Sequence record: KJ019143.1
Length of the DNA: 64,000 bases
Strand: one strand, 5' to 3'
Below are positions 21,614 to 29,642 of the stretch, piece by piece (position 1 is the first letter of the stretch; each line of letters opens with the position of its first letter). The notes under the pieces were generated by a model, which was not told the DNA's origin, searched no databases, and was given only the letters and a program-made list of their open reading frames with translations. Position numbers and translations under genes: made by a program.

Positions 21614-23092
21614 ATGGTTGTTAATCCCTTTTTCCTACATGGTTCCACTCAGGAACAAAACCTGATGCAGAATCTGGTCAATGAACAGATTCAAATGTAC
21701 GGGATCGATGTATATTACATCCCTCGTACATTTATTAGGGATGCGACCATCATGCGGGAGGTCACTTCCTCTGCATTTCGATCATACTTTGTTCTAGAAG
21801 CATACCTAGAGAACTTTGATGGATATGGTGGTCAAGGAGACCTCATGTCCAAGTTTGGTATTCAAGTCAAAGATGAAGTTACACTTACTATCTCTAGGGA
21901 TAGGTATGAGAATTATATTGCCCCATTCCTGAACTCCAGGATGTTGTATTTGATGGACTCACCCCAAGATGATGGGCAAATGATGACCATCCAGAGACCC
22001 AAGGAGGGGGATCTAATCTACTTCCCACTGGGTAGAAGACTATTTGAGATTAAGTTTGTAGAGCATGAGAAACCCTTCTATCAGTTAGGTAAGGGATATG
22101 TTTATGAACTTCAGTGCGAACTATTTGAGTATGAAGATGAAGTCCTCGATACAAGTGTCGATGAGATCGATAGTACTCTACTTAATAAGGGTTATATTAC
22201 AACTATTAACCTTGTCCCCGTTAGTAACAGAGCTGTTGTTACACCCAAAACTGGCACTGGATACATCACAGAACTAACTATCTTCAATGAGGGTAGTGGA
22301 TATAAGTCACCACCTAGTATTGTTATTGATCCACCACAACTGGGAACAGATCCTAGTGTTGTTGCACTACTCACTAGACCAGATTCTAGTACCCCCGAAC
22401 CTGCCATCAAACAGGTTGTAGTATTTAATAGTGGTTCTGGATATGTGGAACCACCTAGTGTTATTGCAGTTGGTGGTGAAGGAGAGGGTTCTATTATTAG
22501 AGCAGGTATCAATAGCCTATCTGATGGTATTATTGATTTTGTTGTATCTGAGAAGGGTGCTGGTTATCCAGAAGATGTGGATATCATTGTATATGATGAT
22601 GACAATAATATTGTGGCACAGGGTAAAGGGCTATCTGATGGTGATCAGATTGTATCTGCTATTATCACAAACCCAGGAAAAGACCTACCATCCAGTGTGA
22701 GGGCTATTGTGGCAAAACCAGCAGATGAGGGTGATGGTGTCTTTGTCTACAATGAGATTGTAGTGGGACAACAGTCCGGTATGAGAGCGAGAGTTCGTGG
22801 ATGGGATCAACCCAATTACCAACTACATATCACTAACTTAGATCCCACTCAGAAGTCTATTAACTTCCAAGCAGGTGAGACTATTGTTGGTGAAACCAGT
22901 GGTGCCAAGTATTCCCTCAAGAACTTTGTGGATACACAATCCAAAGCAGACTTCTACTCCGATAACGATAATATTGGAAATGAGGGTGAGGATATTGTCA
23001 ATACAGATGACGAATATAACCAATTCTTTGATACTAATAGGAACTACTTTAACCCTGATTTCAGTAACAACGATCCCTTCGGTGAACAGTAA
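21614..23092 (+). CDS. gp14: Neck protein gp14 (cyanophage extended form)
   Basis: NPFFLHGS..EQNLMQNLVNEQIQMYG, PKEGDLIYFP, FYQLGKGYVYELQCELFEY, ends NDPFG. Confidence 0.92.
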   Translation: MVVNPFFLHGSTQEQNLMQNLVNEQIQMYGIDVYYIPRTFIRDATIMREVTSSAFRSYFVLEAYLENFDGYGGQGDLMSKFGIQVKDEVTLTISRDRYENYIAPFLNSRMLYLMDSPQDDGQMMTIQRPKEGDLIYFPLGRRLFEIKFVEHEKPFYQLGKGYVYELQCELFEYEDEVLDTSVDEIDSTLLNKGYITTINLVPVSNRAVVTPKTGTGYITELTIFNEGSGYKSPPSIVIDPPQLGTDPSVVALLTRPDSSTPEPAIKQVVVFNSGSGYVEPPSVIAVGGEGEGSIIRAGINSLSDGIIDFVVSEKGAGYPEDVDIIVYDDDNNIVAQGKGLSDGDQIVSAIITNPGKDLPSSVRAIVAKPADEGDGVFVYNEIVVGQQSGMRARVRGWDQPNYQLHITNLDPTQKSINFQAGETIVGETSGAKYSLKNFVDTQSKADFYSDNDNIGNEGEDIVNTDDEYNQFFDTNRNYFNPDFSNNDPFGEQ

Positions 23093-23099
23093 CTAAATA
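23093..23099 (+). promoter_or_regulatory. Late promoter variant (CTAAATA)
   Basis: Located in the gp14-gp15 gap. Confidence 0.6.
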
Positions 23100-23127
23100 A
23101 CTTATCTAGTTATTATCATTAATACCC

Positions 23128-23928
23128 GTGGGTGAATATTTTTATCATGAGATCATCAAGAGAACTGTTGTCGGTTTCGGCAATCTCTTCAATGGTCTTA
23201 CTATCCAAAAGGTAGACAAGAAGCAAAACGTCATTAACGTGATGAAGGTGCCTCTTGCATATGGTCCTACCCAGAAGTTTCTGGCAAAGATTACTCAGCA
23301 GGGTGAGTTAAACCAACCTACTGAGATTACTTTACCACGTATGTCTTTTGAGATGAACTCTCTTGCATATGACGGATCGCGGAAGACCGCACCCACTCAG
23401 ATGTTTAAGACACTAGATAACGGGGAGACACTTAAAAAGGTTTATCTTCCAGTTCCATATAATATTGGTTTTGAACTTAATATTATGACCAAGTTGAATG
23501 AGGATGCTCTACAACTTGTCGAACAAATTCTTCCATATTTCCAACCTTCCTTTAATATTACTGTCGATCTAGTTGATCAGATTGGTGAGAAGAGAGATAT
23601 CCCTGTGGTACTCGACTCCATCAACTTCACTGACGACTATGAAGGAGACTTCACAGGTAGACGTATTCTAATCTATACTCTATCATTCACTGCCAAATCC
23701 TACATGTTTGGACCTGTCAGTGAATCTGGGGATGGTCTTATTCGTAAGGTTCAGGTTGATTATCATACTTCAACCGAGAGGGATTCACCTCGTGAGGTTC
23801 GTTACACAGCCACACCAGACCCAGTTGATGCCGAACCCACTGATGACTTTGGGTTTAGTGAAGAAACTGTAGTATACTTTGATTCTAAAGTATACAGTCC
23901 AACTCAAGGTGAGGATTACACTCCATGA
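23128..23928 (+). CDS. gp15: Tail sheath stabilizer / tail terminator gp15
   Basis: YFYHEIIKRTVVGFGNLFN, KVPLAYGP.QKF, LPRMSFE, EQILPYFQP; GTG start. Confidence 0.92.
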   Translation: MGEYFYHEIIKRTVVGFGNLFNGLTIQKVDKKQNVINVMKVPLAYGPTQKFLAKITQQGELNQPTEITLPRMSFEMNSLAYDGSRKTAPTQMFKTLDNGETLKKVYLPVPYNIGFELNIMTKLNEDALQLVEQILPYFQPSFNITVDLVDQIGEKRDIPVVLDSINFTDDYEGDFTGRRILIYTLSFTAKSYMFGPVSESGDGLIRKVQVDYHTSTERDSPREVRYTATPDPVDAEPTDDFGFSEETVVYFDSKVYSPTQGEDYTP

Positions 23929-24350
23929 GCTTTGAATCAATAGATGATGCACTGGATATTGAATCCAGTATTGTGAAAAAAGAAGAAGAGGTGGAGGTTA
24001 CTCCTACCAATTCTAAAGAGAAACCATCTACTCCCCAAACTGAACAAGATTACAACTATAGTAGGGGACAACTCTATTCTCTCATTGAGAAGGGACAAGA
24101 GGCGGTTAACAACGCATTAGAACTCGCCAACGAAGGTTCTAGTGCTAGATCATATGAGGTTGTTGGTGGTCTTATTAAGAATGTCGCAGACGTTACTGAT
24201 AAACTACTAGATCTCCAAAAGAAGGTTAAGGATCTGGATGAAATTTCAGTTACTAATAACCAAACCAATGTAACCAACAATTCGGTATTCGTCGGATCAA
24301 CTACTGAACTCCAGAAGATGTTGAAAGAAGGATTGTTGAATAACGATTAA
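23925..24350 (+). CDS. gp16: Terminase small subunit gp16
   Basis: DYNYSRGQLYSLIEKGQEA...SARSYEV, NNSVFVGSTTELQKMLK. Confidence 0.9.
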   Translation: MSFESIDDALDIESSIVKKEEEVEVTPTNSKEKPSTPQTEQDYNYSRGQLYSLIEKGQEAVNNALELANEGSSARSYEVVGGLIKNVADVTDKLLDLQKKVKDLDEISVTNNQTNVTNNSVFVGSTTELQKMLKEGLLNND

Positions 24351-24355
24351 CTACT

Positions 24356-24769
24356 ATGGCTTACGAAGAAGAAAATCAGTGTAACTCTACACCTGAGGGT
24401 GAAGATTGCCCTAAGCACAAGAAGAAGTGCTGCAATTCTGAGGAAAAGAAACGCAAAAAGGGGATGTACGGTCTCCAGGATGAGGATAGTGAAGGCGATG
24501 AGTCCTCACAAGAGAATGGTGGCATGCCTCAGGATAGTGCCAATGAGGAAAGACAACTTAACCCAGACACTGACCTGAAGGACATGTCCAGTGATAGTAA
24601 GAAGAGGGCTATGGATTCTTTCCGTGAAAGAAGTTCTGAAGCTAAGAAAAGAAAATCAGATAAAGATAAGAAGGATGAATTGGCAACTGAACGCATGACA
24701 AAGGGCATAAGGTTCTTTGACAAACAGGGTTCAGGTTATATTAAAAAAGGTAAAAAGAGTTACGACTAA
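24356..24769 (+). CDS. Charged hypothetical protein with N-terminal Cys cluster
   Basis: 137-aa ORF; QCNSTPEGEDCPKHKKKCC; C-terminal KGIRFFDKQGSGYIKKGK. Confidence 0.6.
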   Translation: MAYEEENQCNSTPEGEDCPKHKKKCCNSEEKKRKKGMYGLQDEDSEGDESSQENGGMPQDSANEERQLNPDTDLKDMSSDSKKRAMDSFRERSSEAKKRKSDKDKKDELATERMTKGIRFFDKQGSGYIKKGKKSYD

Positions 24770-24771
24770 CC

Positions 24772-25383
24772 ATGACACTAATTAACGAACATAATCTTGG
24801 AGCTTGGAAAGCTTTAAACCCCCAAGACAAAAGACTACAAGCATTAACACTCTCAGAACTATTGGAGAATGCCGATCCAACTAGCGTAGATTTCAGTAGT
24901 ATTACCTTTAAGGGTCGTACAGACGGTCTACTCGGAGATGGTCTCGATTGTGCTGAAAGTATTGGTTTTGTTGTATTTGATTGTGTATGTCTGTTCCTAG
25001 GAGCAGCAACACTAAGAGCTTCAGCCACTGCTGAGGTAGCCGAAGATATGGCTAAAGCTGCAGAACCTGTTGTTAACCAACTAACACAGTATATTAGAAC
25101 CATTTCTGATTCAGCATCATCAACATATGATGTTGCTTATGCTGTGTTTAAGGTAATCTCTACCATCTACAGTGGAGGTGCTTTAGGTGCTGTTTGTGGT
25201 GTGTTCTTCACGTCCCTAACTTGGTACAACGCTATTCTCTATGGAATGACTGCTGTTGGTACTATTATGGCTGCTTTGGCAACTGATGGTGCTGCTGAAA
25301 TTGGTATTATTGTTGTGGAAATAGCAACAGCTGGTTTCCTAATTTCCGACAGTGTTGCCTGCTCTAAAGCATGCAACTACTGA
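24772..25383 (+). CDS. Hydrophobic, Cys-containing hypothetical membrane protein
   Basis: 203-aa ORF with several Ala/Gly-rich hydrophobic helices and 6 Cys. Confidence 0.6.
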   Translation: MTLINEHNLGAWKALNPQDKRLQALTLSELLENADPTSVDFSSITFKGRTDGLLGDGLDCAESIGFVVFDCVCLFLGAATLRASATAEVAEDMAKAAEPVVNQLTQYIRTISDSASSTYDVAYAVFKVISTIYSGGALGAVCGVFFTSLTWYNAILYGMTAVGTIMAALATDGAAEIGIIVVEIATAGFLISDSVACSKACNY

Positions 25384-25387
25384 GTTG

Positions 25388-25394
25388 CTAAATA
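25388..25394 (+). promoter_or_regulatory. Late promoter variant (CTAAATA)
   Basis: Upstream of the 936-aa ORF. Confidence 0.55.
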
Positions 25395-25484
25395 TATCTG
25401 AAAGGCAATCTAGTCGTGGGCGGTATTTTAATATCGTTAACAATTGTCCATTGAAGCCTTTCCCACATTTACGGTTCAATAGAT

Positions 25485-28295
25485 ATGGGTAATCTACACA
25501 AATGGTTTTCAGGTTCCAAGTCCAAAGACGGCAAGTCTGGATGGGTGAATGTAAAGACTGGTGGTACCTGTGCAAGTGATGAACCCGGAGAGGGCACACC
25601 CAAGTGTGTGTCTTCATCTAAAAGAGCTAGTATGACCAAATCCGAAAGGGAGTCTGCTTCTCGTAGAAAGAAAGCTGCTGACCCTGGACAACAACAAAAG
25701 TCAGGTGCTGCTAAACCAACTTACGTATCTACCGACAAGCCTAAGAAGATGAAAAAAGAACATTTTTCTAATTGGAGGGATGATACACCAGAACCAATGG
25801 TCAATGAACTCTTTGGATTGGGTAAGAAGAAGGAAAAGAAAAACAACGGTTCTGGTGGTTCTTTCTCAGCTTCTACGGCAGAGGCGAATGCTAGATCCAG
25901 GGGGTGGAAACCTGAAAACGAAAAACCAAAACCCATGGGTGCTTTTGGTCCAGAAAAGGGAACGAGCAAATCCCCAGACCAATTCAGAAATGTGAAGAAA
26001 GCTTTGGGTATTCGTCCAAAACCAGAACCCAAAGTTACAAGTCAAACAAAACCAGAACCCAAAGTTACAAGTCAAACAAAACCAGAACCCAAAGTTACAA
26101 GTCAAACAAAACCAGATCCTACACCCAAGTCCAATCCATATTCTGGAAAGGATAAGTTAAAACCCCAAAGTTTTAGTACTGCAGTTAAATCTGGTACTAA
26201 AATGAAAAAGAGTACTCCATCAGCCCCAGGTAAAATTGTGACTCAACAAGGTAATCAAAAAGAGCAGTTTTCTAACTGGAGAGATAACTACGTAGCCACT
26301 GAGCACGAGTTCATCGATCTCATCAAACCAGAACCTATGGTAGGCATTTCAGAAACCAAGGAAGGTCAGATGAAAGCTGGTAGGGAGCAGTATAAGAAAG
26401 AGAAGGAGGAAGGTCGTTATGGTGGAACCAAACCTTCTAATGAGAGAGTCGCAAAACTCATGAAGAAGCTGAAGGAGGAGACCAAGCAAGATGGTCCCGA
26501 ACCTACAACGAAACAGACTCGTGGTGCTATGAAGAACATTCGTAGTAAAATGAATACTGCAAGTCACAAAGACCCAGATAAGAAGAAGACAAAGCAAGAA
26601 CTAGCTTTCCAAAAGGCTAGAGCTAAGGCTTGGGGTATGACTGAAGGAAAGGAAGAGAAGAGAAAGGATGCAATGCCCGAGGGTGATGTTGGATATGAGA
26701 TTCATAAGAAAGCAGTTGCCCAATACAACAAACAGAACCCTAGTAAGAAGGTGAAGGAGGAAGTAGAAATCTCCGAAGAGGATAAGAAAGGTTCAGGTAG
26801 TGGTAAGAAAGACGCCTGTTACAATAAGGTGAAGGCATCAGCTTCTGTATGGCCATCAGCTTATGCTTCTGGTCGTTTAGTTCAGTGCCGTAAGAAAGGT
26901 GCTGCCAACTATGGTAAATCCAAGAATGAGGAGTTTATCAGTATTGTAGCCTCCGAGTATTTCATCAATGAAGGACTCAATGATGAGGGAGTGGCGGAAC
27001 TAGTTGATTTGTTGGGACCCATTCAGTTTGGTGAATTGGTTAATGAGATTGCTGAGGGTGTAGAAGAAGATCTACTTACTGAAGCTAGAGCTGGTGGAGT
27101 TAAGATTGAACCCAAGAATAAGTCTGGTACTAGAGTTTCAGATCTATCCAAGGGAGCTAGAACTAGAGCTATTAACACACTCCGTAAAGAGAAGGCAGCT
27201 AAGAGAGCTGGTGAAGGTGAAGGTGGCAAGGGCAGTCTAAAGGACTCCCTAAAATCACAAGCAAAGGCAGCTAAGAAACCAGAACCCAAAAAGGCTAAGA
27301 AGGAAGAACCCAAAAAGGAAGCAGCTAAACCAGCAGTTGAGAAGGCTAAAGCCACTCAACCTAAGAAGAGAGGTTTCTTAGATTCTGTAGCCCGTCAAGT
27401 TAATAAGGGTATGGATCGTCATAGAAAGGCAATGGAACTAGCCCGTGAAACTGGTAAGGTAGCTAAGAAGGCAGCCAATATTGGTGGTCAAGTTGCTAAA
27501 GGTGCAGTTCAAGGTGTTAAGGACACCGCCAAGACAACCAAAAACGTAGCTGATAAACTAAAAGAAGAATACGTATTGGTTGTATCTGAAGAGTGGAAGC
27601 CTGACCCCACTGAGAAACGTGAAAAGAAAGCGGCTAAGCTAGGTAGGGATGAAGAGATCGAGAAAGGCAAGTCCAAGAAATATGGACGCGATGAATCCAA
27701 GATTGACAAACTCTACAAGCGTCGTATGGCTGTTCAGTTCAAAAAGAAAATGAGTGAGGAAAGACTAGACGAACTCAAGTGTTGGAAAGGTTACAAGCGT
27801 AAGAAGGGTTCTACACCTGGAGCTCCTGGTTCCTGTGTGAAAGAAGGTTTCTCCAGTTGGAGAGACGACCTTGACCTTATGGAAGGTGTTGCAGCTTGGC
27901 AACGTAAGTTTGTTTCTGAAGAATCCAAAAGAGAACTTCAGATTCGTGCTTCGAAGGGTGACAAGGCAGCCATGAAGAAACTTCATCAACTTCGTGCCGA
28001 TGGTAAGATTGGTAAAGAACCTGGTTTTGAACCTAAGAGAGATCTTCCTGAAGGTGCAGCATGGACACGTAAAGAGGGAAAGAATAAAGCCGGGGGGCTT
28101 AACGAGAAGGGACGTAAGTCTTACGAACGAGAGAACCCCGGCAGTGACCTCAAAGCACCACAACCTGAGGGTGGTAGTCGCAAGAAGTCGTTTTGCGCAC
28201 GTATGAGCGGAATGAAGAAGAAACTAACCTCTTCTAAGACTGCTAACGATCCCGATTCAAGAATCAATAAGTCACTAAGAAAATGGAACTGCTGA
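25485..28295 (+). CDS. Lys/Glu-rich modular hypothetical protein (candidate capsid-internal polyprotein)
   Basis: 936-aa ORF; short basic Cys/Trp modules; FS(N/S)WRD motif three times; internal tandem repeat. Confidence 0.7.
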   Translation: MGNLHKWFSGSKSKDGKSGWVNVKTGGTCASDEPGEGTPKCVSSSKRASMTKSERESASRRKKAADPGQQQKSGAAKPTYVSTDKPKKMKKEHFSNWRDDTPEPMVNELFGLGKKKEKKNNGSGGSFSASTAEANARSRGWKPENEKPKPMGAFGPEKGTSKSPDQFRNVKKALGIRPKPEPKVTSQTKPEPKVTSQTKPEPKVTSQTKPDPTPKSNPYSGKDKLKPQSFSTAVKSGTKMKKSTPSAPGKIVTQQGNQKEQFSNWRDNYVATEHEFIDLIKPEPMVGISETKEGQMKAGREQYKKEKEEGRYGGTKPSNERVAKLMKKLKEETKQDGPEPTTKQTRGAMKNIRSKMNTASHKDPDKKKTKQELAFQKARAKAWGMTEGKEEKRKDAMPEGDVGYEIHKKAVAQYNKQNPSKKVKEEVEISEEDKKGSGSGKKDACYNKVKASASVWPSAYASGRLVQCRKKGAANYGKSKNEEFISIVASEYFINEGLNDEGVAELVDLLGPIQFGELVNEIAEGVEEDLLTEARAGGVKIEPKNKSGTRVSDLSKGARTRAINTLRKEKAAKRAGEGEGGKGSLKDSLKSQAKAAKKPEPKKAKKEEPKKEAAKPAVEKAKATQPKKRGFLDSVARQVNKGMDRHRKAMELARETGKVAKKAANIGGQVAKGAVQGVKDTAKTTKNVADKLKEEYVLVVSEEWKPDPTEKREKKAAKLGRDEEIEKGKSKKYGRDESKIDKLYKRRMAVQFKKKMSEERLDELKCWKGYKRKKGSTPGAPGSCVKEGFSSWRDDLDLMEGVAAWQRKFVSEESKRELQIRASKGDKAAMKKLHQLRADGKIGKEPGFEPKRDLPEGAAWTRKEGKNKAGGLNEKGRKSYERENPGSDLKAPQPEGGSRKKSFCARMSGMKKKLTSSKTANDPDSRINKSLRKWNC
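26017..26116 (+). repeat. Perfect 30-bp in-frame tandem repeat, 3.3 copies (KPEPKVTSQT)
   Basis: caaaaccagaacccaaagttacaagtcaaa x3 followed by caaaaccaga. Confidence 0.95.
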
Positions 28296-28306
28296 GAACC
28301 GCCCTG

Positions 28307-28332
28307 TCCCACACTTGGTTTGTGGGAATTTT
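28307..28332 (+). terminator. Possible intrinsic terminator after the 936-aa gene
   Basis: Stem tcccaca/tgtggga with a 7-nt loop and only a short T tract (atttt). Confidence 0.4.
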
Positions 28333-28349
28333 GTCATACTTACTGGTAA

Positions 28350-28377
28350 CAATTCCCGTTATTGGAATTGATATAAT
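28350..28377 (+). promoter_or_regulatory. Sigma70-type extended -10 promoter with upstream inverted repeat
   Basis: caattcc-N7-ggaattg, then TGaTATAAT at 28369-28377, 24 nt before the ATG at 28402. Confidence 0.6.
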
Positions 28378-28401
28378 CCACAGACAAGAAAACAACTAAC
28401 A

Positions 28402-29613
28402 ATGTCTATCCTAACTCACACTAATAATAACTACGAAAGGTACGATGAGGACAATGTTCTAGCGTCACCTCAGCCTGCATTTAGGAGTGAGAGTATGGAT
28501 GCAGTTGGTTGGACTAATTTTACCTGGAAAGATTTTGATGGTGATTATGTCAAGACTCTAGTGGGTGGTGGTATAACTTCTATTAATGAGTATGTGAAGA
28601 GAGACGTAGATAATAATATAGTCACTCAACCCCAATACATCAGGCACGATATAGACAATAACCCAGTAGGTAGTTTGAATCCACTAGAAATTGTAGGTGT
28701 TGGTAATATCACAGCACCTAACGGATTTGCTGTCGGTAGGGATATGGCTGGTCAGGTTGCTGGTTATCAGGGTGGTACTGAACCCATCACTGTTGAAGGT
28801 CAGTTACAGAAACAAGAAACCCCTGGTGGTGCTTGGATTGGTATTAGTCCTTGGACGGCAGTTGATACTGCAGTAAAAGAAATAGACTCTTCTTTGGTGG
28901 GAGCTAAACTTCGTATTTCTACTAGAATTCAAGATGCCATAATCGCTCCATCATATCTCACTACCAATACTCCTGCTTCGGATGTTGTTGTTGGTGAGAT
29001 GACTCCCGATGTGAAAGGTACTCTTACTTCTAGTGGAGCGGACCCTGCATATCCAGGAGATGTACTTACTCAGACAGAAGGCACTATAACCGGTGGTATC
29101 GCTCCATTTGCTAAGTCATATCAATGGTTTAGAAGAGAAACTGGCACCACGAATGCGTATGCATTCTTTGGTGCTCCAGATGGATTGACTTATACTATTC
29201 AGTATAGTGATATTGGTTATGATGTTAAAGCAAGAACTAGGTGGCAAGATTCATATAACTATCTTAGAACCGTCGGTACGATTCCAAACCACATTGAGGT
29301 TATAGCAGAACCACTAGAATTGGTATCAAAGGGAACTCTCGATGGAGTTGGTCAGTCAGGCACAGTCCTAACACAAACTGCAGCAGTATTCAGTGGTGGT
29401 GTTCCCCCATTCACTTATAGATATGAATGGGTTAGGAGAGTGACTGGTGAGTCTGGATTCTTCGAGTTTGGTGCTCCAGATGGTCTTCAGTATATTATTA
29501 GGTCTTCTGATATCGGTTATGATATTAGAGGAAGAACCGAAATCTTTGACTCCCTAGGAAATTCGAAGAGTAGTAGTTCTACTATTCCTGGAGATGTTTC
29601 AGTAACATCATAA
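28402..29613 (+). CDS. Ig-like repeat protein (three ~100-aa beta-sandwich repeats after a short N-terminal domain)
   Basis: Repeats GDVLTQT...GG..PF..SYQW.RR...FGAPDGL.Y.I..SDIGYD occur twice clearly, plus one degenerate copy. Confidence 0.65.
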   Translation: MSILTHTNNNYERYDEDNVLASPQPAFRSESMDAVGWTNFTWKDFDGDYVKTLVGGGITSINEYVKRDVDNNIVTQPQYIRHDIDNNPVGSLNPLEIVGVGNITAPNGFAVGRDMAGQVAGYQGGTEPITVEGQLQKQETPGGAWIGISPWTAVDTAVKEIDSSLVGAKLRISTRIQDAIIAPSYLTTNTPASDVVVGEMTPDVKGTLTSSGADPAYPGDVLTQTEGTITGGIAPFAKSYQWFRRETGTTNAYAFFGAPDGLTYTIQYSDIGYDVKARTRWQDSYNYLRTVGTIPNHIEVIAEPLELVSKGTLDGVGQSGTVLTQTAAVFSGGVPPFTYRYEWVRRVTGESGFFEFGAPDGLQYIIRSSDIGYDIRGRTEIFDSLGNSKSSSSTIPGDVSVTS

Positions 29614-29615
29614 CC

Positions 29616-29636
29616 CCTACATAAGGTAGGTATAAT
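29616..29636 (+). promoter_or_regulatory. Hairpin plus TATAAT just upstream of gp17
   Basis: cctac-ataag-gtagg immediately followed by TATAAT (29631-29636); ATG at 29643. Confidence 0.4.
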
Positions 29637-29642
29637 ATTATT

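Noticed and set aside
26017-26116. CRISPR-like array
   Set aside because: The repeats are contiguous with no spacers, are in frame within a CDS, and no cas genes are present.
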